Below, one piece after another: positions 31,532 through 42,398 of a stretch of DNA of 44,690 bases. Where the stretch lies: assembly GCA_024278985.1 (NCBI GenBank), contig JAJRSC010000026.1, forward strand, positions 1-44,690, given 5' to 3'. The DNA comes from an archaeon. GTDB lineage: Archaea; AGJL01; Methanococci; Methanococcales; Methanocaldococcaceae. The first letter of the stretch is position 1. Every line of letters begins with the position of its first letter. Below the pieces are notes generated by a model. It ran no database searches, had not been told where the DNA came from, and saw only the letters and a list, made by a program, of their open reading frames with translations. A program made the translations under genes and the position numbers.

Positions 31532-33510
31532 AATATCCTATACCTCCCTGGCCTTGCTTCATCAATATCTCCATATTTTATTAATTTTTTAATAATATTA
31601 CTTACCTCTTCTTCATCATAACCTTTTTTCTTTGCTATTTCAACAATATCCTCAAACTCTACCAATTCAAATTTTTCATTTAACTCTTTAATTATATTGT
31701 ATATCTCAGATAATTTTTCTCTCTCTTTCTTAGAAACTCCAATAATTTTATCAACATCATATATTCCTGTTTCTGGGTCATAGGCAATTTCTTTTAAACA
31801 TTCAGTTATTATTTTTAATGCTTCTTTGACATCTTCTTCATCAACAACATCCTTTAATCTTGCTTTTGCATGTGCCTCTGCTAACCTTATAGCAGCCTCT
31901 AATTGTCTGGCAGTTATTTGATGTTCTTTTCTCATTTGAATATAGAAATCTACCAATATTTTTTTAGCTTTCTCTCCTATAACAGGTTTTTTTTCTCTTG
32001 CATAAAAAATGTACTTTATTATTAATTCTCTATCAACCTTTATCCCCTCTATCTCAATATAATCCAAACCTATTTTTTTGTTTATATCCTCATCTAAATA
32101 AGCCCTATGTAAATCAACAATATACTCAGCAACATCTTTATCTCTACTTTTATCAGAAATATCTTTAATTGGAAATATTAAATCAAATCTACTTAATAAA
32201 GGTGGAGGAATATTTATTTGCTCTGCAACTGATTTATCATTATCAAATCTTCCCCACTTAGGATTACATGCTGCTAAAACAGAACATTCTGCAGGAAGTT
32301 TAACATTTATTCCTCCTTTACTTATATGAATTGTCTGACTTTCCATAGCCTCTAAAACATAATTTTGTATTTCTTTATTAACTGTTAGCTCATCAATACA
32401 TGCAGTTCCTTTATTTGCCTTTACCAATAAACCAGGTTTTACTACCCACATCTCTTCTCCTATCTCTGTCCTCTCTTTAACAACAGCAGCAGTTAATCCC
32501 ACACCTGTAGCAGTTGTAATAGAACCATACACATTTCCAGGAATATCTGCAATTTTTCTTAAAATAACAGTTTTTCCAATTCCTGGGTCAGTTATTAGTA
32601 AGATATGAATATCTGCCCTCTTTCCTGGTTTTTTAACACCTTTAATTTGCTGTAAAAAAACAGCTTTTTTAATTAATATATTCCCTCTAATTTCAGGAAT
32701 TAATCTATCTGCTAAAATATCAATGATGTTATTTATTTTAGATAATTTTTTTATTTTTTCTTTGTCTTCTTCAGTAATTTTTATCTTTGCCTTACTGTCT
32801 AATATTTCATATCCATAAGCTTTAACATATATATCATAAATTGGAAGTTTTTTACTTTTTTTAACTTTTATTGGCTCTCCTAATATCTTAATCCTTCCTG
32901 CATATATCCCAGGACTGTTTTCTATAAAAACAGTTATATACTTAGGAGGCTCTTCAGGATTTTCCATAAATTCAACTGGTTCCTGAATCTTTAATTCTTG
33001 AAAATCTGTAAAAATAGATTTTTCATCTATCAACTCAACATCTCCACAACATAATTTTTTTTCTTCAAATAAATCAATATCTTCATAAAATGCTTTCCCA
33101 CATTTCTTACATATAAAATAACCTCTTTTTAAAATAGGTCTCAACTTAGAAGCTGAAACAATAATTCCCTCAAATTCTATTAACTTTCCTATATCCCTAC
33201 TTTTAATATCTCTTATTCTATACTCCCTTCCTCCAACAGTTTTAAAAATTTTTGGTAAATTTTTTATTCCAAAAATTAAATTATAATCAGGATAATATCC
33301 TTTTAATGAAAAAAATGCCTCTTTAAAACATTCTTCTAAAAATTTTGTATTTTTTGGATTATTAACTATTTTCTCAACAACTTCCATAAAACCAAATTTA
33401 TACATATCTTCCAAATCTATCATAATATAGTTATTTTCAAAAATAATATCCTTAAGATAGACATTTTTAAAATAGGTTATTAAGTTATCCTTTATTTCTT
33501 CAAGTTCCAT
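31528..33510 (-). CDS. mcm: MCM replicative helicase family protein
   Basis: Walker A ITDPGIGKT, Walker B CIDE, EAMESQ, AACNP, Arg finger SRFD, TARQLE and a C-terminal winged helix. No intein. Confidence 0.95.
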   Translation of the reverse strand: MELEEIKDNLITYFKNVYLKDIIFENNYIMIDLEDMYKFGFMEVVEKIVNNPKNTKFLEECFKEAFFSLKGYYPDYNLIFGIKNLPKIFKTVGGREYRIRDIKSRDIGKLIEFEGIIVSASKLRPILKRGYFICKKCGKAFYEDIDLFEEKKLCCGDVELIDEKSIFTDFQELKIQEPVEFMENPEEPPKYITVFIENSPGIYAGRIKILGEPIKVKKSKKLPIYDIYVKAYGYEILDSKAKIKITEEDKEKIKKLSKINNIIDILADRLIPEIRGNILIKKAVFLQQIKGVKKPGKRADIHILLITDPGIGKTVILRKIADIPGNVYGSITTATGVGLTAAVVKERTEIGEEMWVVKPGLLVKANKGTACIDELTVNKEIQNYVLEAMESQTIHISKGGINVKLPAECSVLAACNPKWGRFDNDKSVAEQINIPPPLLSRFDLIFPIKDISDKSRDKDVAEYIVDLHRAYLDEDINKKIGLDYIEIEGIKVDRELIIKYIFYAREKKPVIGEKAKKILVDFYIQMRKEHQITARQLEAAIRLAEAHAKARLKDVVDEEDVKEALKIITECLKEIAYDPETGIYDVDKIIGVSKKEREKLSEIYNIIKELNEKFELVEFEDIVEIAKKKGYDEEEVSNIIKKLIKYGDIDEARPGRYRIL

Positions 33511-34685
33511 TTTTTCACAATATCCTTATATACTTTTAAAACTCCCATTGCTATTCCTTCTACTTCAATTCCACCCTTTCCTTTTACTCCATCACCAACT
33601 AAATATAATTTATCATTAACTTTATTATCCAATAAATTTTCATATGAATGATTAACAGGCCATTCATCTCTATAACTTTGTATTAAAAGAATTTTGTAGT
33701 CTTTTCCTTTAAAGAGGTTATCAATATCTTCTAAACCTAAATCAATCTCTTTTTTTATATTTTTACTTCTTAAATATTGATGACTCATTACTAAATGCCA
33801 ACCATCTTTTGCTAAACTTTTATCAACATTACTTACTTGATTTAAGCCATTAATTCTTTCACATTCAGGAGTAAATAAGACACCACTATGCTTAATTAAA
33901 CCAGATTTTGTGGCTATATTTATTTTAATCCCTCCAGATGGCTTTAATTTTTTATTTAAAAATTTTATATTACAAATTTTTTCTGTTTTTTGTGGGGAGA
34001 TATTACTAATAACAATATCAAATTCCTCACCATCAATATATGCATTATCATCAATTTCAATATTTTTAATTTCTTTTTCTAAAATAATCTCTCCATTATT
34101 GTTTATTATTATTTTGGCTAATTCATCAACTACTTTTTTACATCCCCCAATAGGAACTCCTGGACCTCCAAATTTATAGTAGTTGTTTGCTATCATTGTA
34201 ATTTCATCCATCTTAACATCATAAGGACTTACTGACAAACTCCAACCAGTAAAAGCCTCTCCTATTTTTAAACCTAATTCAATATCTTCTAAAAACTCTC
34301 CAAATGACATATTAGGATTAACTTGATTTAACTTTAATTTAGCTGCTTTTTCTATAGCTCTTAGCTTATCCCTAACATTTAATAAAGAAAATAGTTCATT
34401 ATATAAATATTCTTTTCCATTAATTAAAAAAGTACCATCAGGTTGAGAATTAACTATTTTAACATTTGCATTAACCATTTTTAATATTTTAGCTAAATAA
34501 CCATCAGCTCCATGAGGAATCATATGCAAAGCTCCAGTAGTTAATTTAAATCCATCATAATCAAAGTGTGTAAATCTTCCTCCAATAAAAGGTAGTTTTT
34601 CAAAAATCTTAACCTTAAAATACTTAGATAACAAAGCTCCAATTAATAACCCACCTAACCCAGCTCCAACAATTCCAATTCTCAT
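33492..34685 (-). CDS. FAD-dependent oxidoreductase (phytoene dehydrogenase/amine oxidase superfamily)
   Basis: GAGLGGL, E....IGGR, TGALHMIPHG, GG and LYLVGDG. Confidence 0.8.
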   Translation of the reverse strand: MRIGIVGAGLGGLLIGALLSKYFKVKIFEKLPFIGGRFTHFDYDGFKLTTGALHMIPHGADGYLAKILKMVNANVKIVNSQPDGTFLINGKEYLYNELFSLLNVRDKLRAIEKAAKLKLNQVNPNMSFGEFLEDIELGLKIGEAFTGWSLSVSPYDVKMDEITMIANNYYKFGGPGVPIGGCKKVVDELAKIIINNNGEIILEKEIKNIEIDDNAYIDGEEFDIVISNISPQKTEKICNIKFLNKKLKPSGGIKINIATKSGLIKHSGVLFTPECERINGLNQVSNVDKSLAKDGWHLVMSHQYLRSKNIKKEIDLGLEDIDNLFKGKDYKILLIQSYRDEWPVNHSYENLLDNKVNDKLYLVGDGVKGKGGIEVEGIAMGVLKVYKDIVKKWNLKK

Positions 34686-34925
34686 AGTTATCACAAAAGA
34701 TTTTAATCTTCACCCAAAAATAAACATAATTAATTATAAATTATAAAAATATCTTTCATTGTAGTTATTACTTTTGGTATAAAAACATCAATTTAATTTC
34801 TATAGAAAAATATTTATTTTATAACTTATAAAACTAAAAACATAACATATCAGATTTTAAATTTTAGCTATTTTTATAGAATAATAAATCTATTTTTTGA
34901 TTAAAAATAATATTGAGGGAGTACT

Positions 34926-36629
34926 ATGGTTAAAATTTCTGATGTTACATTAAGAGATGCTCAACAGTCATTAATGGCCACAAGATTAAGAACTGAGGAT
35001 ATGCTTCCTATAGCTGAAATGATGGATGAAGTTGGATTTTATTCTATGGAAGTCTGGGGAGGAGCTACTTTTGATGTGTGTATAAGATATCTAAATGAAG
35101 ACCCTTGGGAAAGATTAAGAGCTTTAAAACAAAAAATCCAAAATACTCCATTAGAAATGCTTTTAAGAGGGCAAAATTTAGTTGGATATAGACACTATCC
35201 TGATGATATTGTTGAGAAATTTGTAGAAAAAGCTTTTAAAAATGGAATTGATATTTTTAGAGTTTTTGATGCTTTAAATGATATAAGAAATATGATTACA
35301 GCTATAAAGACTGCTAAAAAGTTAGGTGCTGAAGTTCATGGATGTATTTGTTATACCATTAGCCCAGTACATACAATAGAGAAATTTGTAGAATTTGCTA
35401 ATGAACTTGCAAGTTTAGACGTTGATGTAATAGATATTAAAGATATGGCTGGACTTTTATCTCCATATGAAACAGAAAAATTGATAAAATCTTTAAAAAA
35501 AGAAGTTGGTTTGCCTGTTAAGTATCATAGCCATTGTACATGTGGATTATCTCCAATGTCTATAATCAAAGCAATAGAGGCAGGTGTAGATATAGTACAT
35601 ACTGCTATATCTCCTCTATCCATGGGAACCTCTCACCCACCAACAGAGAGTTTAGTGGCTGCTTTAAAAGGAACAAAGTATGATACAGGTTTAGATTTAA
35701 ATCTTCTTTTAGAGATTAGAGATTACTTTATAAAAATTAGAGAAAAATACAGAGCTTTAATTCCAGACCATGCTTTAATTCCAGATGCAAGAGCTTTATA
35801 TTATCAAATTCCTGGAGGAATGCTAACAAATTTAATATCTCAATTAAAAGAGCAGGGTGCTTTAGATAAATTAAAAGAAGTTTTAGAAGAAGTTCCAAGA
35901 GTTAGAAAAGATTTAGGATATCCTCCATTAGTTACTCCTATATCTCAAATTGTTGGTACTCAGGCAGTTATGAATGTTTTAACTGGAGAGAGATATAAGA
36001 TAATTACCAATGAAGTAGCAAACTATGTTAAAGTATTTTATGGAAAACCTCCAGCTCCAATTAGTAAAGAATTGTTAAAAAGAGTATTAGATGAAGATGA
36101 AAAACCAATAACTGTAAGACCTGCAGATTTATTAGAACCAGAATGGGAGAAGGTCAAAGAAGAAGCAGAAAAATTGGGAATTGTTAGTAAAGAAGAAGAT
36201 ATCTTAACTTATGCATTATTCCCTCAAATAGCCATTAAGTTCTTAAGAGGAGAGTTAAAAGCAGAACCTATTCCACAACCAAAGAAAATAGAAAAAATTT
36301 TAGATATTCCAACTGAGTATATTGTAGAAGTTGATGGAGAAAAGTTTGAGGTTAGAATTGAACCAAAAATAGGTACTGAACTCAAAAGAAAGAAGGAAGT
36401 TATTAAGGCAGATATTGAAGGAGCAGTTACATCTCCAGTTAAAGGAATGATAACAAAAATAAAAGTCAAGGAAGGGGATAAAGTTAAAAAAGGAGATATT
36501 ATAGCAGTTGTTGAAGCTATGAAAATGGAGCATCCTATTGAAAGTCCAAGGGATGGAGTTGTTGAGAAAATTTTAATTGATGAGGGAGATGTTGTCAATA
36601 TTGGGGATGTAATCATGATTATTAAATAA
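34926..36629 (+). CDS. pycB: Pyruvate carboxylase subunit B (carboxyltransferase + biotin carrier)
   Basis: LRDAQQS, WGGATFD, EDPWERL, IKDMAG, HSH, QIPGGM and the biotinyl motif EAMKM. Confidence 0.95.
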   Translation: MVKISDVTLRDAQQSLMATRLRTEDMLPIAEMMDEVGFYSMEVWGGATFDVCIRYLNEDPWERLRALKQKIQNTPLEMLLRGQNLVGYRHYPDDIVEKFVEKAFKNGIDIFRVFDALNDIRNMITAIKTAKKLGAEVHGCICYTISPVHTIEKFVEFANELASLDVDVIDIKDMAGLLSPYETEKLIKSLKKEVGLPVKYHSHCTCGLSPMSIIKAIEAGVDIVHTAISPLSMGTSHPPTESLVAALKGTKYDTGLDLNLLLEIRDYFIKIREKYRALIPDHALIPDARALYYQIPGGMLTNLISQLKEQGALDKLKEVLEEVPRVRKDLGYPPLVTPISQIVGTQAVMNVLTGERYKIITNEVANYVKVFYGKPPAPISKELLKRVLDEDEKPITVRPADLLEPEWEKVKEEAEKLGIVSKEEDILTYALFPQIAIKFLRGELKAEPIPQPKKIEKILDIPTEYIVEVDGEKFEVRIEPKIGTELKRKKEVIKADIEGAVTSPVKGMITKIKVKEGDKVKKGDIIAVVEAMKMEHPIESPRDGVVEKILIDEGDVVNIGDVIMIIK

Positions 36630-36680
36630 ATTAAATAAAATAATTCTCTTTTTTTTATTTTATTATTTTAAAGGGAAATT

Positions 36681-36902
36681 ATGGAGAAAAAATGGAAATG
36701 TCCAAAATGTGGAAATTCAGATGTTTTTGAAAGAGAGGTTTCTATGACAGGTGGAATATTTTCAAGAATTATGAATGTTCAATACAATCGTTTCATAGCA
36801 ATAACCTGCAAAAAATGTGGATATACTGAATTTTATGACAAAAAAGTTTTGAGAGGGAAAAATACCTTAGCAGATATCTTAGATATTATATTTGGAGGGT
36901 GA
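36681..36902 (+). CDS. Small Zn-ribbon protein (DUF2082-like)
   Basis: CPKCG...CKKCGYTEFY. Confidence 0.8.
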   Translation: MEKKWKCPKCGNSDVFEREVSMTGGIFSRIMNVQYNRFIAITCKKCGYTEFYDKKVLRGKNTLADILDIIFGG

Positions 36903-36908
36903 AGTGTT

Positions 36909-38402
36909 ATGTTTAATAAAATATTAATTGCTAACAGGGGAGAAATTGCCATAAGAGTTATAAGAGCATGCTGGGAATTAGGAATTAAGGCTGTTGCTGT
37001 ATATTCTGAAGCTGACAAAAAGGCATTACATGTTTCTCTTGCTGATGAGGCATATTGTATAGGTGAAGCTCCTGCTATTAAAAGTTATTTAAATATTGAG
37101 GCAATTATTAACGCTGCTGAAAAGGCTGGAGTTGATGCTATACATCCAGGATATGGTTTTTTAGCTGAAAACGCAGATTTTGCAAGAGAAGTTATAAAAC
37201 ATGGTTTTGAGTGGATTGGACCTCATCCTGATGCAATTGAAGCAATGGGTAGTAAGATAAATGCTAAAAAAATTATGCAAAAGGCAGGTGTTCCAACAAT
37301 TCCAGGGAGTGATGGAGCTGTTGAAGATATTGATGAGGCAAAAGAAATTGCTAAAGAAATTGGTTATCCTGTGGCTATTAAAGCATCTGCAGGTGGGGGA
37401 GGAATAGGAATAAGTATAGCACATAATGAGGAGGAGCTTGTTGAGGTTATAGAATCTGCTAAAACATTAGCAAAAAATGCCTTTGGAGACCCTACTATAT
37501 TTATAGAGAAATATTTATCTAATCCAAGACACATAGAAATCCAAATTTTGGCAGATAAGTATGGAAATATTGTCCATCTTGGAGAGAGAGAATGTTCCAT
37601 TCAAAGAAGAAGACAAAAACTAATTGAAGAAGCTCCTTCTCCAATAATAGACGAAGAACTTAGAGAAAGAATGGGAAAAGCAGCTATAAAAGGGGCTAAA
37701 GCTATTAATTATGATAGTGTAGGAACTTTGGAGTTTTTATATCAAGATGGAAACTTCTACTTTTTAGAGATGAACACAAGAATACAAGTAGAACATACAG
37801 TTACAGAACAAATAACTGGCATTGATTTAGTTAAAGCAATGATAAGAGTAGCTGAAGGAGAAAAATTAAATTTAAAACAGGAGGATATAGAATTTAGAGG
37901 ACATGCAATACAATGTAGAATTAATGCTGAAGACCCATTAAATGATTTTGTCCCATGTCCAGGAAAAATTAGATTGTACAGGTCCCCAGGTGGTCCTGGA
38001 GTTAGAATAGATAGTGGAGCCCATTCAGGAGTAGAGATTCCTCCATATTATGACCCATTAATTGCAAAACTTATAACTTATGGAAAAGATAGGAATGAAG
38101 CAATTGCAAGAATGAGAAGAGCTTTAAAAGAGTATGTAATTGTAGGAATAGAAACAAATATTCCATTCCATAGAGCAGTAATGGAAGAAGAAAACTTTTT
38201 AAAAGGTAATTTAAGTACTCATTATATTGAGCAAAACAAAGACAAACTATTACCAAAAGTTAAAAAATATGCTGCTGAGACTAAAGATATGTATAAAGTG
38301 CTCTCTGAAAAGGTATTTGAGAGAAGAAAAGAAGTTGTAGCTGCAATTGGTGGATTAAGTATGTATATTTCTCAAGCTATGAAAGATTATAAAGGAGAGT
38401 AG
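36909..38402 (+). CDS. pycA: Pyruvate carboxylase subunit A (biotin carboxylase)
   Basis: [30 protein letters not shown] and [10 protein letters not shown]. Confidence 0.95.
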   Translation: MFNKILIANRGEIAIRVIRACWELGIKAVAVYSEADKKALHVSLADEAYCIGEAPAIKSYLNIEAIINAAEKAGVDAIHPGYGFLAENADFAREVIKHGFEWIGPHPDAIEAMGSKINAKKIMQKAGVPTIPGSDGAVEDIDEAKEIAKEIGYPVAIKASAGGGGIGISIAHNEEELVEVIESAKTLAKNAFGDPTIFIEKYLSNPRHIEIQILADKYGNIVHLGERECSIQRRRQKLIEEAPSPIIDEELRERMGKAAIKGAKAINYDSVGTLEFLYQDGNFYFLEMNTRIQVEHTVTEQITGIDLVKAMIRVAEGEKLNLKQEDIEFRGHAIQCRINAEDPLNDFVPCPGKIRLYRSPGGPGVRIDSGAHSGVEIPPYYDPLIAKLITYGKDRNEAIARMRRALKEYVIVGIETNIPFHRAVMEEENFLKGNLSTHYIEQNKDKLLPKVKKYAAETKDMYKVLSEKVFERRKEVVAAIGGLSMYISQAMKDYKGE

Positions 38403-38429
38403 ATATATTATTTATAATAAATTTTTTTT

Positions 38430-39653
38430 ATGATTATTATGGAAATGTTCATAAAAATAGAAAAGATGTATAAAATATATAAAATAGTATTAATATCATC
38501 AATTATTGGAATAATTGGAGGACTAAGTTCTGTTATTTTGTCTTTAATTATTTTTAATTTTCCATATCAAAAAAATATTTTTATGTTGCCTATAATATTT
38601 TTTATTGTTGGTTTAATAATTGATTATAACAAAAAATTAAAAGGTTCTGGGATAGATATATTTTTAAAATCTCTTTATGAAAATTTACCTCTATCCTGGA
38701 TAGAAGGGATATTAAAGGTTATCTTATCTGGAATTATTATAGGTGTTGGTGGAAGTGCTGGAAAAGAAGGACCTTGTGTATTTTCAAGTGGTGCATTTGC
38801 TTATAGTTTTATAAAAATAAAAAAAATGAATATTAAAAATAAAATTTTGGCAAGTTTAGCAGCAATTTCTGGAGGATTAGCAGGGGCTTTTTCTTCACCT
38901 CTTGGAGCTGCTGTTTTTGCATGTGAATTAATTGAAAGTGAAAATTTTAAGTACTTTGATTTATTACCCTGTATATTAGCCAGTATTTCAGGATATACAA
39001 TTTATTATATTATAACAAAAAAGAATTTAAAATATTATATTAGTGGATTAAATATTTACTATAATTATTTTCCACCAGACTTAATATTTTTTATTTTAGC
39101 TGCTTTTATTTGTTCATATATAGCTCTCTTATATATAAAAATTTACAGATATGTATCTAACTATTTTGATAAACTAAATTGTCCTTGGAGCATAAAATTA
39201 TTAATTGGAGGTTTAGTAGTTTCAGGAATTGGCTATTTTTATCCTCAAACCTTAGGTTTAGGATTAGATTTATTGAGAGATATCTTTATAGACATATATA
39301 ATTATGGAGTTATATTCTTTTTACTATTGTTAATAAGTAAAATTTTAACAACAACCTTTACAGTTGGTTCTGGAGCTCCTGGAGGTTTAGTATTTCCATC
39401 TCTTTGTATTGGTGCAATTGCTGGAGCATTATCTTATTCTCTTATATCTTTAATTTATCCAATAAGCCCAATACCTTTTATAATATTGGGTATTGCTACA
39501 GTTGTATCAGCTACAACAAACACACCTTTAGGAACAGCAATTATATGTATTGAATTATTTGGGCATGATTTTATTATCCCTGCAACAATTGGTGCAATTA
39601 TAGGATTTAAAATGACCAAATCAGAAACAATATTCAAATATATAAGATTCTAA
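38430..39653 (+). CDS. CLC family chloride channel/antiporter, no CBS domains
   Basis: GSGID, GGSAGKEGP (gating Glu present), AFSSPLG and GAPGGLVFP. Exact start among 38430/38439/38445 is uncertain. Confidence 0.88.
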   Translation: MIIMEMFIKIEKMYKIYKIVLISSIIGIIGGLSSVILSLIIFNFPYQKNIFMLPIIFFIVGLIIDYNKKLKGSGIDIFLKSLYENLPLSWIEGILKVILSGIIIGVGGSAGKEGPCVFSSGAFAYSFIKIKKMNIKNKILASLAAISGGLAGAFSSPLGAAVFACELIESENFKYFDLLPCILASISGYTIYYIITKKNLKYYISGLNIYYNYFPPDLIFFILAAFICSYIALLYIKIYRYVSNYFDKLNCPWSIKLLIGGLVVSGIGYFYPQTLGLGLDLLRDIFIDIYNYGVIFFLLLLISKILTTTFTVGSGAPGGLVFPSLCIGAIAGALSYSLISLIYPISPIPFIILGIATVVSATTNTPLGTAIICIELFGHDFIIPATIGAIIGFKMTKSETIFKYIRF

Positions 39654-39726
39654 TGCCCCGGCCGGGATTTGAACCCGGGTCTAAGGATCCGCAGTCCTTG
39701 AGGATATCCAACTACCCCACCGGGGC
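39654..39726 (-). tRNA. tRNA-Arg (GCG), CCA not encoded
   Basis: Reverse complement GCCCCGGTGGGGTAGTTGGATATCCTCAAGGACTGCGGATCCTTAGACCCGGGTTCAAATCCCGGCCGGGGCA, with anticodon arm AAGGA-CT GCG GA-TCCTT and A20 (Arg identity element) in the D-loop. Confidence 0.94.
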
Positions 39727-39737
39727 AAAAAAAAGTT

Positions 39738-40442
39738 TTAGCATAGAAATTTAAGCTCTTTAACTAGTTCTCTATCTATTTTTCCTGTATTCCTATCTCC
39801 ACCTTTACAAGCAGCTCCTCTTACACCTACTATATCAGTTCCTATTTTTTTGAGAATAGGGAAATGTTCCTTCTTTATAGACCCTGCTAAGGCACATTTT
39901 AGTCCATATTTATGGCATTCTTCAACAAATTCAGATAATATTTTTTCATCTAAGAAATCAAATAATGTTTTTCCATCTTTAATAGCAGTATCAAGCATAG
40001 CCACATCTGCACCTGCATCTCTTGCAATTTTTGGGATTATTAAAGGTTCAACAGCTCCAACTCTATAAGCATCTGCATATCCTGCTGCAACAACTATTTT
40101 ATTTTCATCAAAATCTTTAACAGCTTTAACAATATTTTTCATTAACTCAACTCCTTCTCTATAATTTTTTACACCATACAAACCAACTTTTATATAATCT
40201 GCTCCAGAATATGCTGCTCCTAAAGCTGCCAATGAAATAGTCCCTGGTTTAAAAGGAACATCTCCAACTGTTGCACTAACTAATAAATTTTTTGGTGTAA
40301 TTTCTCTAATCTCTTTAATAACCCATGGAAAATTTGCTCCTAATGACCCCTCCTTAGGATTTTTAACATCTATTATATCTGCCCCTCCTTCAATTGCTTC
40401 AATTGCTTCCTCTCTATTAATTGGACTAACTAATAGTAACAT
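39738..40442 (-). CDS. mfnB: (5-formylfuran-3-yl)methyl phosphate synthase (methanofuran biosynthesis)
   Basis: [42 protein letters not shown] and GVRGAAC. Confidence 0.92.
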   Translation of the reverse strand: MLLLVSPINREEAIEAIEGGADIIDVKNPKEGSLGANFPWVIKEIREITPKNLLVSATVGDVPFKPGTISLAALGAAYSGADYIKVGLYGVKNYREGVELMKNIVKAVKDFDENKIVVAAGYADAYRVGAVEPLIIPKIARDAGADVAMLDTAIKDGKTLFDFLDEKILSEFVEECHKYGLKCALAGSIKKEHFPILKKIGTDIVGVRGAACKGGDRNTGKIDRELVKELKFLC

Positions 40443-40546
40443 TAAAAATCACCATCCTTATTTATAATATTTATAACTTAAAATAATCTTATTAGAAATA
40501 CTTATTTAAATATTTTTTATACTAATCTTTATAAGGTGATATTTTT

Positions 40547-41716
40547 ATGATTCCTAAAGGCTTTAAATTAAATGGTATTAAAAAAGATGGTTATGGTGTT
40601 TCAATAATCTACTCAGAAGTTCCTGCTGTTGGAGTAGGAGTTTTTACTCAAAACAAAATAAGGGCTTATCCTGTAGAAATTTCTGAAAAGTTAATTAAAA
40701 ATAAAGATAAATTTAGAGTTATTTTAGCAAATAGTGGAAATGCAAACTGTTATAATAAAAATGGATTACTTGCCTGTAAGGAGATGATTAATTTAACATC
40801 AAAGTTATTAAATGTTGAAAAAGATGATATTTTAATAGCTTCTACTGGAGTTATTGGTAGGGATATAGATATAGATAAGGTTAAAAAAAGGATTGAGGAA
40901 TGCTATAACTTATTAAAAAATGAAAGTAATGTTGAAAATGCTGCTAAAGGAATAATGACTACTGATAAGTATCCAAAATATAGATATGTAACTTTTAGAG
41001 TTAAAGATAAAGAAGTTAAAATTTTAGGAATAGCAAAAGGGGCAGGAATGATACATCCAAATATGGCCACTATGTTGGCATTTATTATAACAGATATTGA
41101 AATTGATAGAAAAGAATTAGAAAAACTATTAAAAATAACTGTTGATAAAACATTTAATAATATATCTGTTGATGGAGACACGTCAACAAATGATACTGTT
41201 TTTATCTTAGCTAATGGACAGAGTAATGTAAATTATAATGAATGTAAAAATGAATTTAAAGAAGCTTTAAATTACATATGTGAAGAACTTAGTAAGGAAA
41301 TAGTTAAAGATGGTGAGGGAGCAACAAAATTAATGGAGGTTGTTGTTAAAGGAGCTAAGGATAGAGAAGATGCTAAAAAAGTAGGTAAAGCAATAATAAA
41401 CTCATTATTAATTAAAACTGCTTTATTTGGTAATGACCCAAACTGGGGAAGAATTTTAGCAGCAGTTGGTTACAGTGGGGCAGATTTTAAAGATTTAGAT
41501 ATTATTTTATCAGACTATAATGAAAGTGTTTATTTAGTTAAAGATGGAGAGCCAGTTGCAGTTGAAGGGGAGATATTAAAAAAAGCTGAAGAAATAATAA
41601 AAGCTAAAGAAATTCAACTAACAATTAATTTAAAAATAGGTAGATATGAGGAAAAATTTTATGGCTGTGATTTAAGTTATGGGTATGTCAAAATCAACTC
41701 AGAATATACTACATAA
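40547..41716 (+). CDS. argJ: Ornithine acetyltransferase / N-acetylglutamate synthase
   Basis: NSGNAN, STGVIG, IMTTD, KGAGMIHPNMATML, DGDTSTND, DGEGATK, DPNWGR and terminal EYTT. Confidence 0.96.
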   Translation: MIPKGFKLNGIKKDGYGVSIIYSEVPAVGVGVFTQNKIRAYPVEISEKLIKNKDKFRVILANSGNANCYNKNGLLACKEMINLTSKLLNVEKDDILIASTGVIGRDIDIDKVKKRIEECYNLLKNESNVENAAKGIMTTDKYPKYRYVTFRVKDKEVKILGIAKGAGMIHPNMATMLAFIITDIEIDRKELEKLLKITVDKTFNNISVDGDTSTNDTVFILANGQSNVNYNECKNEFKEALNYICEELSKEIVKDGEGATKLMEVVVKGAKDREDAKKVGKAIINSLLIKTALFGNDPNWGRILAAVGYSGADFKDLDIILSDYNESVYLVKDGEPVAVEGEILKKAEEIIKAKEIQLTINLKIGRYEEKFYGCDLSYGYVKINSEYTT

Positions 41717-42398
41717 AACAGTTGTTGTTATTCCTGCTTATAATGAGGAAAAAAACATTATTAGGGTTTTAAAAGATATTGAAAAAATAGGTTTGGATTG
41801 TATAGTTGTAGATGATGCCTCAACAGATAACACCTATAAAGTTATTGAAGAGTTTAAAAAGAATAGTAAATTAAAAATTTTTCTTATAAAAAATAAAAAA
41901 AATTTAGGTAAGGCAAAAAGTTTAGAAAGAGGAGTTAAATTAGCTCTTTCTCTTGGATATGAATATATAGTTTTTATGGATGGAGACTATCAACATAAAC
42001 CTAAGGATATTCCTAAACTATTAGATAAAATTAAAGATGCTGATGCTGTTTTTGGTGTTAGAAACTATAAATTGTTACCAATAAAAAGGAGAATTATGAA
42101 TTATATAGCATCTTTTTTAACATCCTTAGCTATATCATTGTACTCTAAAAAGTTTTATTATTTTTGTGATATACAATGTGGATTTAGAGTTATAAAATCT
42201 AAATATTTAAAAGATATTTATTTTGGAGAAGGTTATGCTGTTGAGCATTTGATAGCTTTTCAACTTGCAAAAAAAGGAGTTAAAATAAAGGAGGTAAATG
42301 TTAATATTGAGTATCATGATAATGCTATTTCTTATATAACTAAAAAGAAAGTTATTGATGTTATAAAACAGATAATTTTATTTTTACTAAAAAAATAA
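41679..42398 (+). CDS. Glycosyltransferase family 2 (polyprenol-phosphate glycosyltransferase-like)
   Basis: IPAYNEE, VDDASTD, NLGK, MDGDYQH and DIQCGFR. Overlaps the argJ 3' end (start 41679 or 41685). Confidence 0.88.
   Translation: MGMSKSTQNILHKTVVVIPAYNEEKNIIRVLKDIEKIGLDCIVVDDASTDNTYKVIEEFKKNSKLKIFLIKNKKNLGKAKSLERGVKLALSLGYEYIVFMDGDYQHKPKDIPKLLDKIKDADAVFGVRNYKLLPIKRRIMNYIASFLTSLAISLYSKKFYYFCDIQCGFRVIKSKYLKDIYFGEGYAVEHLIAFQLAKKGVKIKEVNVNIEYHDNAISYITKKKVIDVIKQIILFLLKK

Noticed and set aside
31528-33510. MCM as a marker of an integrated mobile element
   Set aside because: It overlaps housekeeping neighbours on both sides, with no integrase or att duplication of either tRNA 3' end.
39654-39726. 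tRNA-His mutated to a GCG anticodon (D-arm and anticodon arm look His-like)
   Set aside because: A20 and discriminator A73 fit Arg identity, whereas archaeal tRNA-His has C73.
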